Shown piece by piece: positions 37,973-47,394 of a DNA stretch of 64,000 nt. Position 1 is the first letter of the stretch, and the number at the start of each line of letters is the position of its first letter. The notes under the pieces were generated by a model. The model was not told the DNA's origin. It saw nothing but the letters and a program-made list of their open reading frames with translations, and searched no databases. The stretch is taken from positions 4,046-68,045 of the forward strand of contig CALRBF010000001.1 of NCBI GenBank assembly GCA_943354045.1, read 5' to 3'. Source of the stretch: Parcubacteria group bacterium. GTDB lineage: Bacteria > Patescibacteriota > Minisyncoccia > SW-4-49-11. The translations under genes and the position numbers were made by a program.

Positions 37973-39259
37973 TTCTGACTCTGCTGTTTCTATCAAATCA
38001 ACTTCTGCTTTTCCCATTTCAAAGGTATCTACATTTTTGAGTTTACGCTCAATTGCACGAGCTCTAGTTGCTCCAGCATCAATTTGATTAGAAGCTTCTT
38101 GTAATTTTTTCTGAGTACGCTCTAATATTTCACCAAATCGTCCAAATTCTGTTTTTACCTCAGATAGGGTTTTCCATATTTCACTCGATTGCTGTTCAAT
38201 AGCAAGAGTTCTGAATCCCATTTGAAGACTATTCAAAATAGCGGTAATAGTAGTTGGTCCTGTAATCATAACTCGATATTCTCGCTGTATTGATTCCACT
38301 AATCCTGGGATTTTTAATAATTGAGCATATAAACCTTCAATTGGGATAAAGAGAATAGCAAAATCTGTAGTATAAGGAGGATCAATATATTTAGCTTGTA
38401 TTTTCTTGCCTTCATCTTTTAATCTCTTTTCAATAGCTTTATTAGCAGCATCAATAGCTGGTCTATCATTGGCGTCTTCAGCTTCAATTAATCTCTGATA
38501 ATCTTCTATTGGGAATTTTGCATCAATTGGGAGCCAAATATGATTGAGATTCTTATCTTTACCTGGTAATTTTATAGCATATTCTACATTATCATTAGAA
38601 TCTTTTTTGGTTGCCACATTAGCCTGATATTGTTCTTTGGTTAAAATTTGCTCTAGGAGATTACCAAGTTGAACTTCCCCCCAAGTTCCACGAGTTTTAA
38701 CATTAGATAATACTTTTTTAAGATCTCCAACTCCAACTGCTAAATTCTGCATTTCTCCAAGCCCTTTATGTACCTGCTCTAATCGCTCACTAACAGATTG
38801 AAAAGATTGGGTTAATCTCTTTTCGAGAGTTGATTGTAATTTTTCATCTACTGTTTCTCGCATTTTCTCAAGTTTTTGATTATTGTCTTTTTGTAGCTCA
38901 GTTAAGCGTTTTTCTACCGTCTCTCGAATACTATCTAATTTTGTCTCATTTTGCTTTGTAAGAGATACTAATTGTTGAGAGAATATTTCTAATTGACTTT
39001 TTTGCATAATAGAAGACTCATGAATTCTTTTGAGCAAAGAGTTTCCAAATGTATTAAGATTATTCCCCAACTCTATTCTCCCCTCTTGTGCAAGTTCACG
39101 AGAATCTTTACGAGATAATTGTATATCATCTTTTATTATTTTTTCTGTACGAGCTAATATATTAGCAAAATCGCCTCCTATATTGCTTTTACGACTCAAT
39201 AATATACCGATAATAATTACCTGTAAGACAATAATAATACCTGCTACAATATATACCAT
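37961..39259 (-). CDS. rmuC: DNA recombination protein RmuC
   Basis: N-terminal TM, a long coiled-coil, and a C-terminal RmuC domain ('TRGTWGEVQLGNLLEQ', 'DFAILFIPIEGLYAQ'). Confidence 0.8.
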   Translation of the reverse strand: MVYIVAGIIIVLQVIIIGILLSRKSNIGGDFANILARTEKIIKDDIQLSRKDSRELAQEGRIELGNNLNTFGNSLLKRIHESSIMQKSQLEIFSQQLVSLTKQNETKLDSIRETVEKRLTELQKDNNQKLEKMRETVDEKLQSTLEKRLTQSFQSVSERLEQVHKGLGEMQNLAVGVGDLKKVLSNVKTRGTWGEVQLGNLLEQILTKEQYQANVATKKDSNDNVEYAIKLPGKDKNLNHIWLPIDAKFPIEDYQRLIEAEDANDRPAIDAANKAIEKRLKDEGKKIQAKYIDPPYTTDFAILFIPIEGLYAQLLKIPGLVESIQREYRVMITGPTTITAILNSLQMGFRTLAIEQQSSEIWKTLSEVKTEFGRFGEILERTQKKLQEASNQIDAGATRARAIERKLKNVDTFEMGKAEVDLIETAESELEA

Positions 39260-39260
39260 A

Positions 39261-40283
39261 TTAATCCTCTAATTCTTTAATGAAAATTGACAATACTGAC
39301 ACCAATGGTACTGAAATTAAAGCCCCAAGAGCTCCAGCTAATGAAGTTCCAAGTAAAATTACAAGCATAACAATAAGAGGATGTATTCCTGTAACCTTTC
39401 TCATAATAAATGGAGTCACAAAATTTCCATCAATTTGCTGAATGACAAGATAAAATAATCCCACAATTAATGCAATTTGGAACCCACTACCTAAAGCTAA
39501 TATAATAGCAGGTACTGATGAAAGGATGGGACCTATTATAGGGATAAGATTAAATACCGCAGCAATTACCGCTAATAATAATGGAAATGGTACTTCTAAG
39601 AATACTAAAACTGGATATGTTATACTCGCTAATATGAAAGATATGAGTAATTGTCCTAGTAACCAAGAACCAACCTTTATACGAGCTAATTCAATATGAG
39701 CAACAACTTTTTTATGTTTTTTTTGAGGAAAGAAAAATTGTATCAAGCTATCAAGGTTTTTGGGCTGAATCGCCATATAAAATGTTGTTATGGTAAAAAA
39801 TCCAATATATAATATGGTATTAATAATATTTTGAGTAGTAAAAAATACCCCGGTTAAAACACTCCACGTAATTTGTCCTAAATTAGAATCTCCTCCTGTA
39901 TTGAAAAATTGAGTTATATTAAAATCATTAATATTCAAAATATTTCCTATAAATACATTGAATTGATCAAATAATTCAGGGGATTTATCAATCAAACCCC
40001 TTACTTCACTACTAATAGTTGGAATAATAAGTTCCATTAATAGTATAAAGACTGCAAATAATATCACTATTACAAAAATCACTCCCAAAGTATAGGGTAG
40101 ATGTAATACTTCATTCAATTTTTTCGCTCCAAATATAATACCCGATGAAATAATAAAAGCTAATATAGTAAGTACAATTACATTGCTAAGTGTAAATGCT
40201 AACCATAATCCTCCAAGTACTAATAAAGCTTGAAAGAGTGAATACAGATTAATATTGACATTATAACTATTATTTGATTCCAT
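39261..40283 (-). CDS. AI-2E family transporter (UPF0118 permease)
   Basis: 340 aa, 8 TM. The C-terminal 'GPILSSVPAIILALG...FLVIQQIDGNFVTPFIMRK' pattern is AI-2E. Confidence 0.7.
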   Translation of the reverse strand: MESNNSYNVNINLYSLFQALLVLGGLWLAFTLSNVIVLTILAFIISSGIIFGAKKLNEVLHLPYTLGVIFVIVILFAVFILLMELIIPTISSEVRGLIDKSPELFDQFNVFIGNILNINDFNITQFFNTGGDSNLGQITWSVLTGVFFTTQNIINTILYIGFFTITTFYMAIQPKNLDSLIQFFFPQKKHKKVVAHIELARIKVGSWLLGQLLISFILASITYPVLVFLEVPFPLLLAVIAAVFNLIPIIGPILSSVPAIILALGSGFQIALIVGLFYLVIQQIDGNFVTPFIMRKVTGIHPLIVMLVILLGTSLAGALGALISVPLVSVLSIFIKELED

Positions 40284-40298
40284 GTATATTATTATATC

Positions 40299-41195
40299 TT
40301 ATTTTTGACAAAATTGACAGAATACTGTTGTTCGAGTATTGACAATAGTTTTCTGTAATATGTGACCACATAATTGGCAGGGTTTTCCTGCTTTACCATA
40401 TACTTTATGTTCTCGGGCATAAGTACCTCGAGAGCCATCTGCCATAATATAATTGGCTACTGAAGATCCTCCCATTGATATGGCTATTGGGATAACATCT
40501 TGTATAGCATTATATAATTTTCTTATTTCTTTTTTTGTTAAACTTGAGGCAAGGCGATTGGGCAATATACCAGCTCGAAAACATACTTCATCAGCATAGA
40601 TATTACCAAGTCCTGTTACAATAGATTGGCTCAGTAATATTGATTTGAGTTTTGACTTTCTGGTATTAATTTGCTTATACAAATATTCAAAGGTAAACGT
40701 ATCATCGAGTGGATCTATTCCGATTGCATCAAAATACCCTGATTTGTGTAGGCTTTGTTCATTTGGATACAATAATATATACCCAAACATACGAATATCA
40801 TTATAAAATAAAGTACCCTTATTTAATTCAAAAATAATATGACTATGTTGATTGGGAAGTTTGGTCTCAGATAGTTCAATGGGATGCCCCCCTAGGGCTT
40901 TATTCTCACCCTTCTCTTGATATACTAATTGGCCTGTCATTTTGAGATGTACCAATAATACTTGGCCGCTATCTAGATGTATTAATAAATTCTTAGCAAT
41001 ACGAGTAATACCTGTAATTGTTCTTCCTTTTAATTCTTTTTCAAATTCTTCCTTTTTTTCGATAAGTGGCTGTCTTACTGTACCAGAACTACTTACTAAT
41101 TTAGGCTTATGTACAATAACAGACTGAATAGATTTACCTATTATATAAGGCTTGAGACTTCTTCTTAGACTCTCTACTTCTGGTAATTCTGGCAT
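40299..41195 (-). CDS. mutM: Formamidopyrimidine-DNA glycosylase (Fpg/MutM)
   Basis: N-terminal 'MPELPEVE', H2TH, and a C-terminal zinc finger 'CQLCGHILQKTIVNTRTTVFCQFCQ'. Confidence 0.85.
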   Translation of the reverse strand: MPELPEVESLRRSLKPYIIGKSIQSVIVHKPKLVSSSGTVRQPLIEKKEEFEKELKGRTITGITRIAKNLLIHLDSGQVLLVHLKMTGQLVYQEKGENKALGGHPIELSETKLPNQHSHIIFELNKGTLFYNDIRMFGYILLYPNEQSLHKSGYFDAIGIDPLDDTFTFEYLYKQINTRKSKLKSILLSQSIVTGLGNIYADEVCFRAGILPNRLASSLTKKEIRKLYNAIQDVIPIAISMGGSSVANYIMADGSRGTYAREHKVYGKAGKPCQLCGHILQKTIVNTRTTVFCQFCQK

Positions 41196-41208
41196 AAATT
41201 TTGAGTGA

Positions 41209-41955
41209 TTATTTTTTCTTATATTCTAATTTTTGCCTCAAATCGTCTACGAAATCTGTCTTGATATCCAAAGAATCATATAAATTAGAATAAGCTTTTT
41301 CATTAGGCACTAAAAGAGTATGCAATTTACCTTGACTTTTGAGATATTGCACCAAAGTATAAAAATCACCATCTCCACTAACTATTACTGCCTTATCATA
41401 TTGATTAATCTGAGTCAGAGCATATAGCACCATCTCTGCATCCACATTCCCCTTCAATTCACCTTGTTTGGTAGCCAAAGTTGGTTTGAAAACCAAATGA
41501 TAACCGAAATCTTGTAGAGCAGAGTATAATTGCTGATTGGTATTAACCATACCAATAAACATATAAGCTTTTTTCACATTATATTCTTTATCAAGATAAT
41601 TACGAAATTCTTTATAATCAAGACTCCAGCCTTGATTTTGAATTGATTTATTCAAATTCTGCCCATCAATAAAAGCAAAGTTGGGCCTTTTTTGAAATGC
41701 TTTCGGTAATGATGATTGCTTTTTTGACTTTAGTCCTTGTGTTGGCTCTACTTTAGGCTTAGGAGTATTCTGATAATGCATTGGTTTTGCCTCAGATTTA
41801 GGTTGCACTGATACGGGTTGTCCTTGAGATGATATAGCAGGTTTTGACTGTGGAATATCATCTACTAATTCATCCGCACTACTAAAGAACCCTCTTTTAT
41901 GTTTAAAGGTTGGCTTATATTTTTTTGTCATAATAGCATAGTAAAATAATAACAA
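41209..41955 (-). CDS. NYN-domain (LabA-like) protein with an N-terminal low-complexity region
   Basis: 'AFIDGQNL...YMFIGMVNTNQQLYSALQDFGYHLVFKP...NVDAEMVLYAL...AVIVSGDGDF'. Confidence 0.65.
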   Translation of the reverse strand: MLLFYYAIMTKKYKPTFKHKRGFFSSADELVDDIPQSKPAISSQGQPVSVQPKSEAKPMHYQNTPKPKVEPTQGLKSKKQSSLPKAFQKRPNFAFIDGQNLNKSIQNQGWSLDYKEFRNYLDKEYNVKKAYMFIGMVNTNQQLYSALQDFGYHLVFKPTLATKQGELKGNVDAEMVLYALTQINQYDKAVIVSGDGDFYTLVQYLKSQGKLHTLLVPNEKAYSNLYDSLDIKTDFVDDLRQKLEYKKK

Positions 41956-42026
41956 TATTGAGTGAGTATATAATAAAAATATATCAAATAACCAATAATA
42001 TACTCTACTCTATACTTGAGTATAGC

Positions 42027-42602
42027 CTACAATTGACATTTATGCAAAAATTCATCAATAGCTGTTATAGCCTGTTCAACCGTATTGGTAAGATTAGTAT
42101 TCTCAATTACAATATCAAATTGACCCTTATAAGATAATTCATATTCGGCTCTTGCCAATCTATCTTCCAAAGATGCTGAACTTTCTGTAGCTCTATATCG
42201 TAGACGTTCTCTTAATATTTCAAGATTTGGAATATCCAAAAATATCGTCAATACTCTATCCTGAAATTCCTTTTTAATCTTTAATGCCCCATGAATATCT
42301 AGTGTGAGAATTACAATTTTTTTTTGCTTAGATAATTTTTCTATTTCAGATAATAAAGTTCCGTAGAATTTGTCTATATATACTTCTTCCCATTCTAAGA
42401 ATTTTTTTTGAGCTATTTTATCTCGAAACTCTTCTACAGAGAGAAAATAATAATCCTTGCCGTTTTTCTCCCCTATTCTTGGGGCTCTTGTAGTAGCAGA
42501 AACTGCTTTAGCAAAGCGACGCGATGATTGTAGGATTTTTTTTGCTATTGTTGATTTGCCTCCACCTGAGGGAGAAGATATAATAACAAATGGAGAATGC
42601 AT
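42027..42602 (-). CDS. gmk: Guanylate kinase
   Basis: 'FVIISSPSGGGKSTIAKKI' P-loop and the Gmk fold. Confidence 0.85.
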   Translation of the reverse strand: MHSPFVIISSPSGGGKSTIAKKILQSSRRFAKAVSATTRAPRIGEKNGKDYYFLSVEEFRDKIAQKKFLEWEEVYIDKFYGTLLSEIEKLSKQKKIVILTLDIHGALKIKKEFQDRVLTIFLDIPNLEILRERLRYRATESSASLEDRLARAEYELSYKGQFDIVIENTNLTNTVEQAITAIDEFLHKCQL

Positions 42603-42658
42603 AATTTAGTATGATATTACCTATCATTATAGCATAAATATAGGTATTTTTCAATACC

Positions 42659-43735
42659 CTACTCCATTATCCCACTCCCAATTAATTCATCATCTTTATA
42701 TAGAGCCAAGAATTGACCTTGTGTAATAGCTCTCTGGGGCTCATCAAATATAATCTTGAGAGAATCTTTATCAATAGACTCAACAAGACAAGCTACATCC
42801 TGAGATCTATAGCGGATTTTTGCCTGTAATTGTTGCGGTAATACTGGTATTTTATCAGTCCAAGATAATTCTTTGATAATAACTTCAGATTGATATAAAT
42901 CTAATGGGTCTACCCCCTTAGATACAATGAGTTGATTGGTCTCGAGATTCTTTGATTTGACAAAATACGGTATACCTCCTCCAATCCCGAGCCCCTTTCT
43001 CTGACCAATAGTATAAAAATATAATCCTCTATGTTGTCCTAATATTTCCCCCTCGGTATTAATAATATCTCCAGGATTTTCTCCTACAAAAGACTCTATA
43101 AAAGCATTAACATCAATTTCTCCTACAAAACAAATTCCTTGACTATCTGGCTTTTTTGCATTAGGCAGTTTAATCTCATCCGCAATTCTTCTAACTTCAG
43201 ATTTTGGAATATCCCCAACTGGGAATAAAGTATGTGACAACTCATATTGACCAAGAGTAGAGAGAAAATAAGACTGATCTTTAATACTATCCATACCCTT
43301 TAAGAGATGATATATTCCATCTTCTGTCTTATTGATTCGAGCATAATGTCCCGTTGCAATATAATCAGCTCCCAGAGACAAACATTTATCCAGGAAAACC
43401 TTGAATTTAATTTCTTTATTACACATAATATCTGGATTAGGAGTTCTTCCTAATTTGATTTCAGCTATAAAATACTCTATAACTCTATTACGATATTCTT
43501 CCTCAAAGTCAAAAGTATAAATTGATATCCCGAGATGCCCCGCAACTTGCCTAGCATCTTCATAATCAGCTTGAGAGGAACAAGGAAAATCAAAAACACC
43601 ACGGCTCGTCTCTAATTTACCAGACCAGTTTTTCATAAATACACCTACAACGTTATATCCTTGTTGTTGCAAGAGATATATTGAAACTGAGGAGTCTACC
43701 CCACCTGACATTCCAAGAAATACTGTTTTACTCAT
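42659..43735 (-). CDS. mnmA: tRNA-specific 2-thiouridylase MnmA
   Basis: 'VFLGMSGGVDSSVS' PP-loop and 'CNKEIKFKVFLDK'. Confidence 0.9.
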   Translation of the reverse strand: MSKTVFLGMSGGVDSSVSIYLLQQQGYNVVGVFMKNWSGKLETSRGVFDFPCSSQADYEDARQVAGHLGISIYTFDFEEEYRNRVIEYFIAEIKLGRTPNPDIMCNKEIKFKVFLDKCLSLGADYIATGHYARINKTEDGIYHLLKGMDSIKDQSYFLSTLGQYELSHTLFPVGDIPKSEVRRIADEIKLPNAKKPDSQGICFVGEIDVNAFIESFVGENPGDIINTEGEILGQHRGLYFYTIGQRKGLGIGGGIPYFVKSKNLETNQLIVSKGVDPLDLYQSEVIIKELSWTDKIPVLPQQLQAKIRYRSQDVACLVESIDKDSLKIIFDEPQRAITQGQFLALYKDDELIGSGIME

Positions 43736-43810
43736 ACTACACCCTTATACGTAGTCTCAAGTATACGGTTATTCGATCTATTCGTCAATGGACCAATTTA
43801 TATAATACTA

Positions 43811-46330
43811 CTATTTAATTACTCGAATAATATTTGTTACTGGAGAATCTTTATAACTTGTAAAGCCACCACCTATAACAATCTTACCATCACTTTGCTG
43901 GATAATACTATTTATTACATAAGCATTAAACCCTGTACCCATGTTGAAACTTGTATCTCTACTCCCATCACTATTAAGTCGTATTATATCATTTGCAGAT
44001 ACTCCTTGATATTGAGAAAACTGGCCTCCAATTAGTAATTTACCATCACTTTGCTGGATAATACTCTTTACAGAACTATTAAACCCTGTACCCATGTTGA
44101 AACTTGTATCTCTACTCCCATCACTATTAAGTCGTATTATACGATTTGCAGATACTCCTTGATATTGAGAAAACTGGCCTCCAATTAGTAATTTACCATC
44201 ACTTTGCGGGATAATACTATTTACAGAACTATTAAACCCTGTACCCATGTTGAAACTTGTATCTCTACTCCCATCACTATTAAGTCGTATTATACGATTT
44301 GCAGATACTCCTTGATATGTAATAAAATTACCACCTATAACAATCTTACCATCACTTTGCTGGATAATACTAGTTACAGTAGCATTAAACCCTGTACCCA
44401 TGTTGAAACTTGTATCTCTACTCCCATCACTATTAAGTCGTATTATACGATTTGCAGATACTCCTTGATATGTAGTAAAATAACCACCTATAACAATCTT
44501 ACCATCACTTTGCTGGATAATACTATCTACAGAATCATTAAACCCTGTACCCATGTTGAAACTTGTATCTCTACTCCCATCACTATTAAGTCGTATTATA
44601 TGGGCATTTGATCCTTGATATTGAATTGAAGTACCTTCTCCAGTAACCAATAACTTACCATCACTCTGCTGTTCAATCCTATCTATCCCCCCATTAATTA
44701 CAGCATTTCTACTAGTTATTCCACCATCTGTCTTGAAATTAGTATCCTCACTACCATCACTATTTAAACGGGTAATGTTATTAACTCCTACTGTCTGATA
44801 TTGAGAAAACCAGCCTCCAATTAGTAATTTACCATCACTTTGCTGGATAATACTATCTACAGAACTAAAATACCCTGTACCCGTGTTGAAACCTGTACCC
44901 ATGTTGAAACTTGTATCTCTACTCCCATCACTATTAAGTCGTATTATATCCTTTGCAGATACTCCTTGATATGTATCAAAATAACCACCTATAACAATCT
45001 TACCATCACTTTGCTGGATAATACTATATACAGAACCATTAAACCCTGTACCCATGTTGAACCCTGTACCCATGTTGAAACTTGTATCTCTACTCCCATC
45101 ACTATTAAGTCGTATTATACCATTTGCAGATACTCCTTGATATGTAGTAAAATTACTACCACCTATAACAATCTTACCATCACTTTGCTGGATAATACTA
45201 TCTACAGAACCATTAAACCCTGTACCCATGTTGAAACTTGTATCTCTACTCCCATCACTATTAAGTCGTATTATACGATTTGCAGATACTCCTTGATATG
45301 TATCAAAATAACCACCTATAACAATCTTACCATCACTTTGCTGGATAATACTAGTTACATCATCATTAAACCCTGTACCCATGTTGAAACTTGTATCTCT
45401 ACCCCCATCACTATTAAGTCGTATTATATCATTTGCAGATACTCCTTGATATGTCTCAAAATAACCACCTATAACAATCTTACCATCACTTTGCTGGATA
45501 ATACTATTTACACGATTATTAAACCCTGTACCCATGTTGAACCCTGTACCCATGTTGAAACTTGTATCTCTACTCCCATCACTATTAAGTCGTATTATAA
45601 GATTTGCAGATACTCCTTGATATGTATCAAAAGAACCACCTATAACAATCTTACCATCACTTTGCTGGATAATACTAGTTACACGATTATTAAACCCTGT
45701 ACCCATGTTGAAACTTGTATCTCTACTCCCATCACTATTAAGTCGTATTATACCATTTGCAGATACTCCTTGATATGTAGTAAAATTACCACCTATAACA
45801 ATCTTACCATCACTTTGCTGGATAATACTAGTTACAGCATCATTAAACCCTCCTGGAATGCCCGTATCAAAACTCAAATCTCTATCTCCTGGATTTAGCA
45901 CAACACCCACTACTACAATAGCTCCTAGCTCAGAGTTTGTAGCCCAAAGTGATAATTGATTATTTGGATTAATAGATACAGAATATCCTGTTTTTCCTGC
46001 AGCTGCATTAGGAGATATTGGAATGGTGGCAATATAATCTGGGACTAATAGATTTAAATCAATACAATTACTTCCCCCACTTTGTGGACAAATATCTTTA
46101 TAGTCTCCTGTTATTCCTGTAGGATAGGCTCGGTTAGCAACAAAATAATCCTCCAAAGCTTGATTTATTTTGTTAATATCATCTAATCTTTGAATATTAC
46201 GAGCTTGAGCTAATTGTCTTGAGGGATTAATTGCAACGAGTACAATAGAGGCTAATATACCGATAAGTGCTATTACTAATAATATTTCTAATAGGGTAAA
46301 TCCTTTTTTGTTATATTTTTTGTTTTTCAT
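43811..46330 (-). CDS. Large type IV pilin-like protein with ~14 tandem delta-60-type beta-propeller repeats. The likely start is the internal Met at ~46330, before 'MKNKKYNKKGFTLLEILL'.
   Basis: Class III signal 'KGFTLLEILLVIALIGILASIVLVAINP'. Repeats of 'SDGKIVIGG.F.TYQGVSAN.IIRLNSDGSRDTSFNMGTGFN'. Confidence 0.7.
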   Translation of the reverse strand: MKNKKYNKKGFTLLEILLVIALIGILASIVLVAINPSRQLAQARNIQRLDDINKINQALEDYFVANRAYPTGITGDYKDICPQSGGSNCIDLNLLVPDYIATIPISPNAAAGKTGYSVSINPNNQLSLWATNSELGAIVVVGVVLNPGDRDLSFDTGIPGGFNDAVTSIIQQSDGKIVIGGNFTTYQGVSANGIIRLNSDGSRDTSFNMGTGFNNRVTSIIQQSDGKIVIGGSFDTYQGVSANLIIRLNSDGSRDTSFNMGTGFNMGTGFNNRVNSIIQQSDGKIVIGGYFETYQGVSANDIIRLNSDGGRDTSFNMGTGFNDDVTSIIQQSDGKIVIGGYFDTYQGVSANRIIRLNSDGSRDTSFNMGTGFNGSVDSIIQQSDGKIVIGGSNFTTYQGVSANGIIRLNSDGSRDTSFNMGTGFNMGTGFNGSVYSIIQQSDGKIVIGGYFDTYQGVSAKDIIRLNSDGSRDTSFNMGTGFNTGTGYFSSVDSIIQQSDGKLLIGGWFSQYQTVGVNNITRLNSDGSEDTNFKTDGGITSRNAVINGGIDRIEQQSDGKLLVTGEGTSIQYQGSNAHIIRLNSDGSRDTSFNMGTGFNDSVDSIIQQSDGKIVIGGYFTTYQGVSANRIIRLNSDGSRDTSFNMGTGFNATVTSIIQQSDGKIVIGGNFITYQGVSANRIIRLNSDGSRDTSFNMGTGFNSSVNSIIPQSDGKLLIGGQFSQYQGVSANRIIRLNSDGSRDTSFNMGTGFNSSVKSIIQQSDGKLLIGGQFSQYQGVSANDIIRLNSDGSRDTSFNMGTGFNAYVINSIIQQSDGKIVIGGGFTSYKDSPVTNIIRVIK
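43900..45850. repeat. Near-identical tandem DNA repeats (~150-bp unit) inside the pilin gene
   Basis: Recurring blocks such as 'accatcactttgctggataatact...aaaccctgtacccatgttgaaacttgtatctctactcccatcactattaagtcgtattata' are repeated more than 10 times with few substitutions. Confidence 0.75.
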
Positions 46331-46338
46331 AATATGTT

Positions 46339-47373
46339 TTAATTTTCCAATATATTCAGTACTGTTTGCACATGACTCATTAGCATAGACGTATAACTCC
46401 ATTCATTATCATACCAAGCCATAACCTTAATGAGGTCACCATCTACTACTTGGGTTAAATCAAGAGAAACCAAACTTCCATATGATGATTTCAAGATATC
46501 CGTAGATACTAATTGATCTGTTGTTACACCAAGTATACCTTTCCACTTATCACTATTAGAAGCATTAATAAGAATTTGATTTACTTCTTCAACAGTGGTG
46601 TCTCTAGATATCAGCATAGTCAAATCAATTAATGATCCTGCAATAACAGGAACACGAATTGCGACACCATCAAATTTTCCTGCAAGATCAGGAATTACCT
46701 TACTTACTGCTTTTGCAGCTCCTGTGGTTGAGGGAACAATATTCTGAGCTCCTGCTCTCCCTCTTCTAAGATCACTGGGATCCGCCATACCATCTACCAA
46801 AGATTGTGTTGCAGTATAGGCGTGAACCGTGGATAGCATTGCCTTCTCTATACCAAGTGCTTCATGAATAATTGTTACTACTGGATTGGTTGCATTGGTA
46901 GTACAAGATGCATTAGAGCTAATCACAACATCTTTGAGGGCATTCTCATTAAGGGCTGGGGTTACCATCAAAGTATCATCCTTAGTTGGGGCTGAGATTA
47001 CTACTCTTTTCGCTCCTGCATTAATATGTGCTTGTGATTTCTCAGTACTGGTAAAGAATCCAGTTGATTCAATTACGACATCAATAGACAAACTACCCCA
47101 TGGTAAATTATTGGGATCTCTTTCGGAAGTTACTACAATTTCCTGCTCACCAACTTTAATATAAGGTTTTCCTTCTCGCTCTATTACGGAAACATCTTGT
47201 GGGATTGTCCCATATACTGAATCATATTTGACTAAATAGGCAAGATTATGTACATCCCCTAAATCATTGACTGCTACCACCTCCAAAGTTTCATTATATG
47301 GTGGTAATAATGATATTTTTAATACCGTTCTTCCTATTCTTCCAAATCCATTAATTGCGATACGTTTTTTCAT
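46339..47373 (-). CDS. gap: Glyceraldehyde-3-phosphate dehydrogenase
   Basis: 'IAINGFGRIGR' and the 'ASCTTN' active-site motif. Confidence 0.9.
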   Translation of the reverse strand: MKKRIAINGFGRIGRTVLKISLLPPYNETLEVVAVNDLGDVHNLAYLVKYDSVYGTIPQDVSVIEREGKPYIKVGEQEIVVTSERDPNNLPWGSLSIDVVIESTGFFTSTEKSQAHINAGAKRVVISAPTKDDTLMVTPALNENALKDVVISSNASCTTNATNPVVTIIHEALGIEKAMLSTVHAYTATQSLVDGMADPSDLRRGRAGAQNIVPSTTGAAKAVSKVIPDLAGKFDGVAIRVPVIAGSLIDLTMLISRDTTVEEVNQILINASNSDKWKGILGVTTDQLVSTDILKSSYGSLVSLDLTQVVDGDLIKVMAWYDNEWSYTSMLMSHVQTVLNILEN

Positions 47374-47394
47374 ATGATATTTTATTATTAATTC

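Noticed and set aside
43900-45850. Regular tandem DNA repeats were considered as a possible CRISPR array.
   Set aside because: The repeats are contiguous ~150-bp coding units without unique spacers. They lie in-frame inside a single long pilin ORF, and there are no cas genes nearby.
44204-45898. Long plus-strand ORFs of 135 and 352 aa with repetitive 'CTHVETCISTPITIKSYY' sequence.
   Set aside because: These are shadow ORFs on the antisense strand of the tandem delta-60 pilin repeats. Their repetitiveness simply mirrors the repeat array. There is no independent start or RBS support.
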